Of a stretch of DNA of 47,748 nt, positions 35,937 to 45,622 are shown in pieces (the first letter of the stretch is position 1; each line of letters starts with the position of its first letter). Under the pieces are notes generated by a model. The model searched no databases. It had not been told where the DNA came from and saw only the letters and a program-made list of their open reading frames with translations. The position numbers and the translations under genes were made by a program. The DNA comes from a virus (Duplodnaviria > Caudoviricetes), in IMG/VR virus record IMGVR_UViG_3300022697_000248, positions 1 to 47,748 of that record. One strand, 5' to 3'.

Positions 35937-38666
35937 CTATCGTCCAATCTTTTCTTCAACTGCTCGCACCAGAGCAGACGTAAACCCAATCCCTTCGCTT
36001 ATCAACAACTCCGCCAAGGACTTCCTAAATTCAAGATCGGACATCGTTGCTGCATCGGGGGCTGCTACCGACAACCCTTCTGCAATACTATTGACCTTGT
36101 CCTGGTCGTCAGCGTTAATAAATGTCATGGTTTTGCCCGTCGCCAACTGAGAGCTAGAATCTTGTAAAATATCCAACGCTTCCCCTTCGGCAGCGCCTAA
36201 TGCCGCTTGCAAGCCCAAAAACCCGGATGTATTGGCAATTCCGGCAGGAATCTTTACATTGTTAAAGTCCCTGTCCGTCACACGCACATTATCTTGTAAG
36301 GAAATCCCGTATTTGATGTTGTTGATCAGAAAATCACCCATGCTCTGCCTGGGATTAAACATCTTCTCAGCCAACCTTCGATCACCAATGGTCCCTGCCA
36401 GCGCTCTCCTATATTCAGCCATGAAACTCTTCAAGCGAGCAGGCACTGAGAATACGCCAATGAGGTTTTCTTCGGTGCCCATGAGTGCGCGAATCTTTCC
36501 GGACACCCGAAGCACTCTCTTGGATGATGTGACTTTCTTGTTGAGATCCCTTGCTATCGCGGGGTCTATCTTGGGTTCATTGATATTGACGGTAAGGCCG
36601 CTCTTATTAAAGAGATGTTTCATCATTGTCTGAACGGTGGATTTCGTTTCCTTAGAAATCAGAGGGTCATCGTTGATTTCTCTATCGAGTAAGAATAATT
36701 CATTTCCTTTGACCGCATTCGTGCCGACACCTTTTGTATTAATCATGTTCGCACGATCAATAATGCCCTGATCAATCCCGACATCTATGATTTCCTTATT
36801 AATCACATCAGAGATGGCGTTTCTCATTCCCTGGTCATCAAGCAATGCTTCGGGGTCCGCAAGTATTCCAAATAACTTATTGGCCAGTCCTGGCCGCACC
36901 CTCACCGCAGAAGCAATAATGTCACGAACATTTTTCCCTTCTTGCCTCGCCTGCTCTTTCATCACCGCGATGAGTTGTTGTTGTGTTGCATCTGAAATGT
37001 CAGAATCCAGCCTGGTCGTCAATCTCTTCATCCTGGCTTTGTCAGCTGCATCAGCCCTAGCATTGCGTCCTCCTTCGTTTTTCGCTTGCCGTTTTTCCAC
37101 AATCGCGGCTAACCGTTCCCTAGAATCAAGGAGGGCATCTGTCCTTTCTAGGCTAGACGCATCACGTATTTTCTGAACCGTCGTTCGTGCTTGCCTATTT
37201 TTATTCCCCTGATCAATCAGCCGCGTTTGGTTCTGTTTGAACCTGCCCGTATCCACCCTGACTCTCTCGTTCTTAAACAATGCCTGAGCCGTGACCTTAT
37301 CTATGGTCTCACCAAACCCTGCTGCCTTTAAATCTATTGGTTGCAGGCCTGACCCCTCACTCATGACCCTGAGCCCGCTTTGAACACTTTCCAGAGACAA
37401 TCCACCATCAGCCGCGCTTTCGCCAGCCCTCTTTGTGAACGCCTCATCAAACCTCGCTACCCGTAGCCGCTCTTCGGGTGAGAGAGGTATCTTTTGCCCC
37501 GGTACAATCCTGCGTTCAGATGAAGGCGTCGCTATTGATGGTGCCGGTCTGTTGGCATCAAAGCCAGGGGCAAGAGAGTCAATGGGCAACGATGTGGGCG
37601 TTTCAGATAATGAGGATAAGGACGGTGCGGCTCCTGATGATAACTCTGGTGCTGCCTGTGGTACCGCTATCTCTTGTGGTTTAGGTTCAGTTTGAAATCC
37701 ACGTCCAGCCGCGCCAGGGATAAGCCCGCGATCAGCAGCACGACGAAATGGGGTATTGGGTGTAAACCTCACCGTTCCGTCTTCAAGGGTGACGTTTTCG
37801 GTGGCTTTCCCTATACTTTTGTCCAGTGACTCGCGTTCTATGCCTGCTTTTGTCCTTGCCTGTTCACGCTCTAAGGCTATCTCCCTTGTCATGAGGGCAT
37901 CAAACTCGACGACATTGACTCCGGCTCCAGCTAACATGGCCGTGGTCTGTGATGCGATAGTCGCGTCTGTAGAGTTATACTGGCCATGCAAACGGGTGAG
38001 GAATGGCCGGTCGAGCCCTGCTTTTTTGAGTGCTATCGCGTCAGAACTATTAGGGTTGCGGTTGATTTTCTGTAAGAGGACTTCAAGTTTCACCTCTTTC
38101 CCACCATCGGCCTTTTTCCCACGCAGCCCCACTGAATCAATCACCACCATGACATTTTTTAATCGTTCCCGAGTTTGCGGGAAGAATTTTTTATAGTTTT
38201 CGTTTCGAGCCTCCCCTTGTTGCTGCAAGGCAAGCTGTCGTTGCTCTTTAAATATGGCTATCTTTTGCTGGTCTTGCTGTCTAGCTTGGCCAACAACATC
38301 TACGCCACCAAATGCACCAATACCTGTTAAAATCTGCTGCCCAAGGCTCTGGTCAGAGAAGTCTTTTGAGAAGGCGCTCAATGTTGGGGGGTTGAGTCCT
38401 GGCGTTAATCCACTCAACTCAAGATTTGGGGCAGAAGTAGGACTGGCTTTCCCACTACCCACGCCTCCCCTAGCTACCGCATTGAAGCCTTTTAGAAAAC
38501 CGCTAAAGTCAAAATCTTTTACCCCCGTAGGGATCTCGGGCAGTACCGCTTCTTGCCCAAGCGTAATACTCCCACCCAAAGCAGGGGCATCTTGCGGCCC
38601 ACCCTGACCAGCCCTACGTTGGCGTCTCTGTAATTCCTGAAGTACTTGCGCTCTAGTCACTGGCAT
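35937..38666 (-). CDS. Internal virion/ejection protein
   Basis: 909 aa, helical with Pro/Ser linker; adjacent to the other ejection genes. Confidence 0.72.
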   Translation of the reverse strand: MPVTRAQVLQELQRRQRRAGQGGPQDAPALGGSITLGQEAVLPEIPTGVKDFDFSGFLKGFNAVARGGVGSGKASPTSAPNLELSGLTPGLNPPTLSAFSKDFSDQSLGQQILTGIGAFGGVDVVGQARQQDQQKIAIFKEQRQLALQQQGEARNENYKKFFPQTRERLKNVMVVIDSVGLRGKKADGGKEVKLEVLLQKINRNPNSSDAIALKKAGLDRPFLTRLHGQYNSTDATIASQTTAMLAGAGVNVVEFDALMTREIALEREQARTKAGIERESLDKSIGKATENVTLEDGTVRFTPNTPFRRAADRGLIPGAAGRGFQTEPKPQEIAVPQAAPELSSGAAPSLSSLSETPTSLPIDSLAPGFDANRPAPSIATPSSERRIVPGQKIPLSPEERLRVARFDEAFTKRAGESAADGGLSLESVQSGLRVMSEGSGLQPIDLKAAGFGETIDKVTAQALFKNERVRVDTGRFKQNQTRLIDQGNKNRQARTTVQKIRDASSLERTDALLDSRERLAAIVEKRQAKNEGGRNARADAADKARMKRLTTRLDSDISDATQQQLIAVMKEQARQEGKNVRDIIASAVRVRPGLANKLFGILADPEALLDDQGMRNAISDVINKEIIDVGIDQGIIDRANMINTKGVGTNAVKGNELFLLDREINDDPLISKETKSTVQTMMKHLFNKSGLTVNINEPKIDPAIARDLNKKVTSSKRVLRVSGKIRALMGTEENLIGVFSVPARLKSFMAEYRRALAGTIGDRRLAEKMFNPRQSMGDFLINNIKYGISLQDNVRVTDRDFNNVKIPAGIANTSGFLGLQAALGAAEGEALDILQDSSSQLATGKTMTFINADDQDKVNSIAEGLSVAAPDAATMSDLEFRKSLAELLISEGIGFTSALVRAVEEKIGR

Positions 38667-39013
38667 GAGGGACGGTCCTTTGCGTTAAATGAATAGCCGC
38701 ATGAAGGCGTGTCTTTAATCATTCCCGCATGTTCCGGGAAATCACGGCACACACGTGGCCTATGGTGATAAATCGTACACATGGGGAATCCGTCGTCTTG
38801 CCGCTCTAAGAACGCGCAGTCCCCATTCTCACGCAAGCCATCAAAGGGAGGATTGTAGAATTCCTGACGAATCAACTCAAAGTCGGGTTGCCCGAAATGG
38901 CCTGCGAGGTTGCAGCATTGGCCACATCTGGTACACTCTCCACTCCTAGACGTGTTCGTAGTTTGGGGTGCTTCGTCCAGGCCCATCAATGTCGATATAC
39001 TCTGAAAGTCCAT
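38657..39013 (-). CDS. YkgJ-family cysteine-cluster (Zn/Fe-S) protein (start revised)
   Basis: CTRCGQCC...CAFL...CTIYHHRPRVCRDFP. Confidence 0.85.
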   Translation of the reverse strand: MDFQSISTLMGLDEAPQTTNTSRSGECTRCGQCCNLAGHFGQPDFELIRQEFYNPPFDGLRENGDCAFLERQDDGFPMCTIYHHRPRVCRDFPEHAGMIKDTPSCGYSFNAKDRPSCQ

Positions 39014-39803
39014 CAAGGAGTACCTTTCTGTCTCGCACGACTTCCTCTTGTGTTTTTGCGCGACTTGGGATGGTGTCTTGCATTTTCGGGCACCATACAG
39101 GCGTATTGATATAATTGCCGTCCATGCACGAATAACACGTAGGATAGGCATCTGGGCTGCTATCCTTGACTCCATCATCGTAGCGTTTCGTATCATACGG
39201 AACATTGTACTTGTGGATATAAGCCCATACGTCATCATTCGACCAATCGTGGATGGGCATGGTGAGTTGGGTATACCCAACTTGCGTCATGGGGCTCGTA
39301 ATGTTGTTCGATGAACATAATTCCAGATCATCACAACTTTTTTGCCCATGAAAGGTCGCATCCCATATCCATTGCATTTCGCCACGAGGCCGACACAAAA
39401 GATCATCCCATGCACACAAATACCGTTCCTCATTGACTCGTGGCTGTATCCCTGTCGCTAAACACATGATCCCCTTTTTGTTCGAGCCTGGAAATTCACC
39501 AAATGAATACACATGCAGAATTTCAAAGAACTCATCTTGCCATACATCAACTGTGGTGATAGGGACGCTATCATACGTTTCGAGGTCCCATAGTTCCATT
39601 ATCTTTTGGGCATGTGCGTGTTTTTCCGGGAACTTGGCAATTCTAAAAAACATCACAGGTATTTTAGAATGTACTTGCCTGACCAAATGGAGAACGGTCG
39701 TAGAGTCCTTACCAAAGGAGCAAAGGGCGATAGGCTTTTCGGACGCCGCTAGCGCCTTCTCGATGATATTCATTGCTGATCGTTCTTGGCTATCCATGAT
39801 CAT
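38946..39803 (-). CDS. PAPS-reductase-like adenine nucleotide alpha hydrolase
   Basis: PP-loop SFGKDSTTVLHL, HGQKSCD, PIHDWSNDDVWAYIHKYNVPY; C-terminal CYSC...WCPK. Confidence 0.88.
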   Translation of the reverse strand: MIMDSQERSAMNIIEKALAASEKPIALCSFGKDSTTVLHLVRQVHSKIPVMFFRIAKFPEKHAHAQKIMELWDLETYDSVPITTVDVWQDEFFEILHVYSFGEFPGSNKKGIMCLATGIQPRVNEERYLCAWDDLLCRPRGEMQWIWDATFHGQKSCDDLELCSSNNITSPMTQVGYTQLTMPIHDWSNDDVWAYIHKYNVPYDTKRYDDGVKDSSPDAYPTCYSCMDGNYINTPVWCPKMQDTIPSRAKTQEEVVRDRKVLLDGLSEYIDIDGPGRSTPNYEHV

Positions 39804-40808
39804 TTACACCGCAATACCAATGCCAGCAGCAGCACTCCCAAGCCCACCCACAATAGCCCCGCCTTGCCCTGCCCCAGTGCCCCTACCACTGGACTGTGTG
39901 GTGCCCGTCACAAAGAATTGAGGGCCAAAGGTTGGCGCAAAGCTTGTGCTGGCCGCACCCCTCGCTGCTGTTGCCGAGCCTAACGACGGAATGGTCGGAT
40001 TTACTTGTGGCAAAAACGAGGACGGACTAAACGGCACTTGCGCGGTACGATTCAAGGATGGTGCTGTAATCGCTTGGGAAAGTTGCCCGATCTGAATAGG
40101 CTGGCCAATCGCCAGTGACGAGCGAGACTCAGCCAGCTTGCGCTCTAACTGCCCCGTCTGCGTGACGACCTGTTCCCCGATGTCCGAGAGTTGACTAAGG
40201 ATCGGGCTATCACGCCCACGAAGTCCCCGTGATGGGGCAATGTCTTCCAGAATATCCCCTCTCGCCCGCCTTGCCGACTCTTCAATAGAGGTAATCCCAA
40301 TATCCCGTGAGGCTGCTAACAGCCTATCAATTTCTTGCTCAACTTGAGGCGACGGCAACCCTCCACGCTCAATAGAAGCAACTTGTTCTTGAAGTATCGC
40401 TTGCTCCAACGGTATGCGCTCTTCTGCGGCCCGTATCTGTGCAAATTGTAATCTGGCTAACTCTGGTGCATTTTCTAATTCGGCTCGTGCCGCCGCTTCA
40501 CGGAGAGGCAATAATTCTTGTTCGATTCTGGCCGAGTCCACAATCGAGTCCTCGCCACCCCCGGCCAAGATCCTATCAATAACGTTTTGTTCCTGCTTGA
40601 ACCGTTCTAAGTTGAGTTCGGAAAATTCCAAGTCTATTTTCTTCAGTGCAATGTCTTCAGGAGTGGACGGTTCAACTACCTGTGTTGTGGTGGACGTGCT
40701 AGTGCTGCCCCCACCACCAAAGCCTACCGTACACAGTTGATATTTGTCTCCCATCGCCATACGGAAGAATATCCAGAGAATAAATGCGAACCACAGTTCA
40801 ATGATCAT
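39804..40808 (-). CDS. Small ejection/pilot protein
   Basis: Hydrophobic leader, GGGGSTSTSTTTQ, helical core, Gly/Ala-rich hydrophobic C-terminus. Confidence 0.72.
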   Translation of the reverse strand: MIIELWFAFILWIFFRMAMGDKYQLCTVGFGGGGSTSTSTTTQVVEPSTPEDIALKKIDLEFSELNLERFKQEQNVIDRILAGGGEDSIVDSARIEQELLPLREAAARAELENAPELARLQFAQIRAAEERIPLEQAILQEQVASIERGGLPSPQVEQEIDRLLAASRDIGITSIEESARRARGDILEDIAPSRGLRGRDSPILSQLSDIGEQVVTQTGQLERKLAESRSSLAIGQPIQIGQLSQAITAPSLNRTAQVPFSPSSFLPQVNPTIPSLGSATAARGAASTSFAPTFGPQFFVTGTTQSSGRGTGAGQGGAIVGGLGSAAAGIGIAV

Positions 40809-41320
40809 GCGTTCAGTTCCTCCGCCATCACCCGGTATCTCTCGGCTAGTTCCGTCAATGGACGTGAGAACAAGATACCTTCAGCCTGCTTACGACTGCC
40901 GTACCGCTCCATAATCTTGTGATAATCTGCCGTATCGGCAGGCGTGAGAAATTGGACTTCCTGGGAACCAAAATAAGCCAGCATCTTACATCCTGTCAGC
41001 ACCAACGCCTTGAACGCCTTTGCCTTAAAGGTCTTTGATCGCTGGGGGTCAATCGCCAGCAATTCCAAGCGGCCTATAGGCTTGCCATGACACACCTGGA
41101 GTGCGCCCACGATTTCCCCTTCCCGGTCAGCGACAATCCATCCTGCGCCAATCGAATGCCAATCCAGGTGCCGAAAATCAGGACCGGAAAAAGCCAGAAG
41201 TGCGGCAATCGTCGGGCCATCCTTGTCCACAGCACTACGAATTTTAAAGTCCTTCGCCGTTGGCCAACGCCGTGATGGACGTTTGCGTCTACGTTTGAGC
41301 GGGGTCAGGGTCTCCATCAC
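40805..41320 (-). CDS. GNAT-fold acetyltransferase-like protein
   Basis: IRSAVDKDGPTIAALL...WIVADREGEIVG...LELLAIDP...MERYG. Confidence 0.75.
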   Translation of the reverse strand: MMETLTPLKRRRKRPSRRWPTAKDFKIRSAVDKDGPTIAALLAFSGPDFRHLDWHSIGAGWIVADREGEIVGALQVCHGKPIGRLELLAIDPQRSKTFKAKAFKALVLTGCKMLAYFGSQEVQFLTPADTADYHKIMERYGSRKQAEGILFSRPLTELAERYRVMAEELNA

Positions 41321-41447
41321 GTTCCTTTTTCAGTTGAGCGACGTCTTGTTGTAACTGTCCTATTTTCCAATTCAATTGATACTTCTCGACTTCCCGCTGG
41401 CCAATCATGAGGTACAGATCATTGACGGTTAACGTGTTATCCGTCAT
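41289..41447 (-). CDS. Small coiled-coil protein (not in ORF track)
   Basis: MTDNTLTVNDLYLMIGQREVEKYQL...; ATGA overlap. Confidence 0.6.
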   Translation of the reverse strand: MTDNTLTVNDLYLMIGQREVEKYQLNWKIGQLQQDVAQLKKERDGDPDPAQT

Positions 41448-41683
41448 GACAGGTTCACGGCATCCAATTCGGCTTGAATGGCATCACGCCGACCCTTGGG
41501 CAATTTCTGAAACCGTTTCAAATGTTTCGCATTCCGATCGTTGAGCATGTGTCCTACTCTCTCACTTAAATGTTTGCCTAGCCATTTCTCGATATACGCA
41601 TCGGCATCAGCTAGCCCAAAGCGCTTGGCAGCATAATCCAACACAGCATCCTGCTCTGCCGTTGTCACGAGCGTTCGGTTCAT
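41444..41683 (-). CDS. Hypothetical protein
   Basis: AGGAGG SD; ATGA overlap. Confidence 0.65.
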   Translation of the reverse strand: MNRTLVTTAEQDAVLDYAAKRFGLADADAYIEKWLGKHLSERVGHMLNDRNAKHLKRFQKLPKGRRDAIQAELDAVNLS

Positions 41684-42738
41684 GCGGGTCCTCCTAAAGC
41701 CAAGACTTTATGCTCAAGTTGGTCGTATTGTTCCTGTAATTGCATATGCTGGGTGTAAATTTGCCAAATAGCCCCGTTGTGGAGCCTGAACAATTGCTGA
41801 ACGCTCAATAACACATCGGGCGAATCTCCTTCCGTGAGGATACCGACATCAATAAGGGTTTGACGATTGTAGATAATGAATTCATCCCACTTCGATTCAA
41901 TGATGCCCTTGTGCCCTAAATTATTGACGAGCATCATGGTGCGTACTAACTCAGGATCATTCATATCATCCATGTCTGTTGGTGACACACCGCCTATCCC
42001 TAAAAACAGTTCGCCGGTATCCACTTCAAGAGCCATGCGAGTGGTCCTGACACTAGCACTAGTAATCTCCCCCCACGCAAACCCGATACTGTTGGCGGCC
42101 ATATCAGTGATGCCGTTCGACCCATTATGTTGGGCAACAAAGAAATTCATGGCCCCGAGAGACAATGCGGTGGCCATTGTGGATGGTGCACCAGCATAAC
42201 TCTCTATTAATAGTGGTGCCGCCTGCGTACTTTCACCTGTTATTTGAATCAAGGCTCCTCCTTCAGCCCCTGCCGCTTTTCTGATGTTGAAAAAATCATC
42301 GGTTTCAACATTTCCGCCTAACGTTGCTGCCGTCAATCCTGTGGCCACATCACTTGATTTCAAGCAAAAAGCTTGGTTAGAATTGCCACCAAGATTAATC
42401 GTCAGGCCAATCGTCATGTTGGAATTGGCCGTGTCCCCAATAAACAGGATGCCGTCTGTCTGCACAATCGAGCTGCCCGCAAGGGCGGTCAAGGTGTTCG
42501 CCGTCATGCGGAAATCGTCTCCGCCCCCAATTCTGAAATCAATCTGATCATCGGTGTCAGCAGTGATGGACGTATCCGCATCGCCATCGAGAATGAGTTC
42601 CTTGCCATCACAATCGAGTGCACCAGTCAAGGGCGAGATCAATGACAGCGCATTATTCAGCAGATTATTAAATTCAGCATTGAGGTCAGAGGCTGTCAGT
42701 ATTTCGTCTGTCCAATTCTTAATTCTTGCTAATCCCAT
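41680..42738 (-). CDS. Tail fibre with a C-terminal chaperone-like coiled coil
   Basis: N-terminal EILTASDLNAEFNNLL attachment motif; DGDADTSITADTDDQIDF; C-terminal GAIWQIY...QLEHKV. Confidence 0.75.
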   Translation of the reverse strand: MGLARIKNWTDEILTASDLNAEFNNLLNNALSLISPLTGALDCDGKELILDGDADTSITADTDDQIDFRIGGGDDFRMTANTLTALAGSSIVQTDGILFIGDTANSNMTIGLTINLGGNSNQAFCLKSSDVATGLTAATLGGNVETDDFFNIRKAAGAEGGALIQITGESTQAAPLLIESYAGAPSTMATALSLGAMNFFVAQHNGSNGITDMAANSIGFAWGEITSASVRTTRMALEVDTGELFLGIGGVSPTDMDDMNDPELVRTMMLVNNLGHKGIIESKWDEFIIYNRQTLIDVGILTEGDSPDVLLSVQQLFRLHNGAIWQIYTQHMQLQEQYDQLEHKVLALGGPA

Positions 42739-42755
42739 CGCGTGCTGTCCTTTGC

Positions 42756-44333
42756 TTAGTTTTCTGTGGACGTCGAATCCACGGTAATATTGGCACCGAT
42801 GCTATGCAATTCTAGGTCACTCCCATTGATCGTATCGGTGATTTGATATTGGATCGCTCGAAATGTACCCCCTTCTTCAAGCTGATAGAATCGTGGAGAA
42901 AATTTGGCCCCTCCTAATGTATCAGTGCCAAGAAGAAACGAACCAAGAATGGCCTGCGAGCTTCCCTGCGACAACAGTTGGGTTTGTTGTGTTTGATTGT
43001 CTCGTTCCCATCCAAGTGTGATGTTATTACTATTTTTTGCTTGAATGCCAAGGGACACAGTATCAATGGTCTTCATGAGGATTTCACTACCATACGTGAG
43101 GAAGGGTGTTTTCACATTGTAGGCAATCGATTTCCCATTCGCGGTCCGTGTCGCTTGCTCATATTTCTGAAGCAACCCTGCATTGTCACCCCCAAATGGC
43201 CGGCGCTTGTTATTCGTATCCACGATCATCGCGAGTGAGGCCGGTTCAAACACATCCCATTTCGACCATCGCGGGTAGCGCTCTCCCTGTGCCATAAAAC
43301 GATAATCCATACAGAGAATGATATCATTCGTCGTACTGCCACTGGTGGAGCAGGCAATCAAGACACGGCTGTTGCCTGAATCGTTGATTGCCCACCATTT
43401 GCGTATTCTGTCATGGCTTAATTCGTCACGCATAAAGGTCTCGATAGGATAACTTAATGCCGCCTCGTTATAATCACCAAACGAGGATGTGGCGTCTAGC
43501 GATCGTACTGACCCCGTTGAATCAATAAACCCAACATCCGTGCCAAAGCGAAAGATCGTATTCTGCCATCCGGCTCCCAACCCTTCCACGAGTGTTGTTA
43601 AGGCAAAGTCAGCATTGCTACTTCCCGTGATACGATGGATAGACCCCTTGTTCGGGCCTTTGAACAAAAACAATTCATTGCGATGGGATATAATACCTGT
43701 AATGTGGTCGCCATCATCAGGGTTGATCTTAATGTTGCCACTCCCCTTACCTGTCCAATCTTCAGGATTGACATTGACAGAATAATTCACTTGGGACGGC
43801 AGCGACGCATTGCCAGCCGCAAACTGATAATTCTTGTGAGTCTGACTAAAGGCAAAATTCGGCGGGCTTCCTGCCAAATTCTGATTCGTGGTTTGATCCC
43901 ACGACCGAGGCACATCTGTTGTCGAGTCCGAGGCATAAATCAGCAAATCATCGAAGGTGTCGTACTGTGGCGCCTTGCCACTTTCCAGCCCTGTTTGCAT
44001 GCTGCTAAATGTGCCGTTTAGGTTCGCCTGATAAACCACGGTCCCTGCATGAATGACAATCTTTTGGACAGGGGAACCACTGGCCCCTTGCCGCCAGTAG
44101 TCATAGACTCCCACCACGCTATCACTTGAGCCGACCGAGGTATCCGTCATGGCATCCGTGCCGGGGCATTTACGCGGTCCGCCGTCAAACGCGAATATTA
44201 CGTTTTGTGCCTCAGTGAGAAACGGCAGTGAGATATTCTCATTTTGTCCCGGTGCCCCATAGAAGGTTGGGCCAAAGTCGGTGGCCCACCCTCCACCGAA
44301 TAAATGCGTGATAAATGCTGTTTTGGGAGGCAT
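42756..44333 (-). CDS. Tail nozzle/DNA stabilisation protein (P22 gp10 / T7 gp12-like beta-propeller)
   Basis: 525 aa; FGGGW, AQNVIF, HKNYQFAAG, VNYS...PEDW, DGDHITGI, LFLFK. Confidence 0.8.
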   Translation of the reverse strand: MPPKTAFITHLFGGGWATDFGPTFYGAPGQNENISLPFLTEAQNVIFAFDGGPRKCPGTDAMTDTSVGSSDSVVGVYDYWRQGASGSPVQKIVIHAGTVVYQANLNGTFSSMQTGLESGKAPQYDTFDDLLIYASDSTTDVPRSWDQTTNQNLAGSPPNFAFSQTHKNYQFAAGNASLPSQVNYSVNVNPEDWTGKGSGNIKINPDDGDHITGIISHRNELFLFKGPNKGSIHRITGSSNADFALTTLVEGLGAGWQNTIFRFGTDVGFIDSTGSVRSLDATSSFGDYNEAALSYPIETFMRDELSHDRIRKWWAINDSGNSRVLIACSTSGSTTNDIILCMDYRFMAQGERYPRWSKWDVFEPASLAMIVDTNNKRRPFGGDNAGLLQKYEQATRTANGKSIAYNVKTPFLTYGSEILMKTIDTVSLGIQAKNSNNITLGWERDNQTQQTQLLSQGSSQAILGSFLLGTDTLGGAKFSPRFYQLEEGGTFRAIQYQITDTINGSDLELHSIGANITVDSTSTEN

Positions 44334-44336
44334 AAC

Positions 44337-45371
44337 CTAAGATTCCAGTCTATCAAATTCACCATTCATGTCGAATTTTAGGCCACGGCTCCTGTTAGAA
44401 TAGGGCCGCGATGCCGCCGACCTGTAACTCCCCAGTTGCGGTTGCAGCCTCGCCCTTCTACTGGCCACCCCTACGTCAGCCTGGATACGCAGCATAATAT
44501 CGGTGTATTCCCTTTGCATGACGTTCATGCGACTGTCATTTTTCTTATGGATATACCAATGGAAGGCGGCATGAGCAATAATGGCATGCCGATATTTTAG
44601 CGGGACAATCGGTTGATCGGTATCAGCGGAAAGGTCAGTTGCGGTTGTCCCTGATGAACTTATCGCGAGATGATTGGTCGTGTACCTATATTTATAGATA
44701 TAGGATTCATCCGGAGGAGGCGCAAATATTACACTGGGGCGAATGTCCGTACCACTAGTTGGGCCAAGAGTCACAAGTGTTGCATGTTTGGGCTTTGCCG
44801 GGACTCGATTACGAGGAAAGAGCGCATCGAATAATGTTCGATCCAACAAGTCGATTTCTTGTCCTGTATCAAATGATGTCGCACTGAGAAGGTTTCCAAA
44901 ATCAGATGCCAGTAGATACTCGTCTTCAAAATAATCATAGGCGCTATTAGAAGCGATTTCATCAATGGACCGCTCTGCAATGGTCGCTGATATGTCGGAG
45001 GCAACAGCCGTAATATCATATACTTCAGGGCTTCCGGCTAACGTCACCTTGCCTAAATTGGCGCGCATATTATTCTCACTCCACGGATTGGCCGTATTCC
45101 AGAGAGTACTTGAGCCGGTAATGGTCGTCGAGCCTTGGGTCACGGCTACCGTGCCTGTGTTGTAGTGTGGATGCGTCCTGATCGAACCGCGCCGGTCAGC
45201 CCACGGAGTCGGGAAGCGGCTTTCTGTTCCAAGGTGCATGTCCTGGAGGGCGACATTGATATACCGTTTGGCTTGGATCACGGTGGCGCTTTGCGATGTA
45301 TCCTGTCGCATGATATTCAAGAGACCATTGTATAAATCCACAAACGAGGCATATTGACCAGTAGCGCTCAT
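44337..45371 (-). CDS. Head-tail adaptor (P22 gp4 / T7 gp11-like) with inserted beta domain (start revised to MSATGQ)
   Basis: AKRYINVALQDM, YLLASDF, FAPPPDESY, PIVPLKYRHAII. Confidence 0.78.
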   Translation of the reverse strand: MSATGQYASFVDLYNGLLNIMRQDTSQSATVIQAKRYINVALQDMHLGTESRFPTPWADRRGSIRTHPHYNTGTVAVTQGSTTITGSSTLWNTANPWSENNMRANLGKVTLAGSPEVYDITAVASDISATIAERSIDEIASNSAYDYFEDEYLLASDFGNLLSATSFDTGQEIDLLDRTLFDALFPRNRVPAKPKHATLVTLGPTSGTDIRPSVIFAPPPDESYIYKYRYTTNHLAISSSGTTATDLSADTDQPIVPLKYRHAIIAHAAFHWYIHKKNDSRMNVMQREYTDIMLRIQADVGVASRRARLQPQLGSYRSAASRPYSNRSRGLKFDMNGEFDRLES

Positions 45372-45622
45372 ATCCGTGTGCCTTTTTTCATCTGCCTGTT
45401 CTTTTTTATCCAAGGAGCCACGGGCCTTCTCCCACCCGATCCCGCCGATACCGCCGCGATGCCACTATACATGCCCCAGAGATGTTGACGATCACGTGCA
45501 ATAACCGTCCCATCAGAAATCGGGAGTATGTGATCAAACGGATCGCAGAAGTTGAAAGCAGAAAGTCGGCTACTGGCATCACCGGTGACTTCGTTTTGAA
45601 TAAAGAGTGGGATAAGCGGCAT
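45368..45622 (-). CDS. Hypothetical late protein
   Basis: 84 aa; DRQHLWGMYSGI; coupled at both ends. Confidence 0.65.
   Translation of the reverse strand: MPLIPLFIQNEVTGDASSRLSAFNFCDPFDHILPISDGTVIARDRQHLWGMYSGIAAVSAGSGGRRPVAPWIKKNRQMKKGTRI

Noticed and set aside
38946-39803. cysH auxiliary metabolic gene
   Set aside because: Lacks the ECG(L/I)H motif and sits among ejection genes; gene symbol withheld
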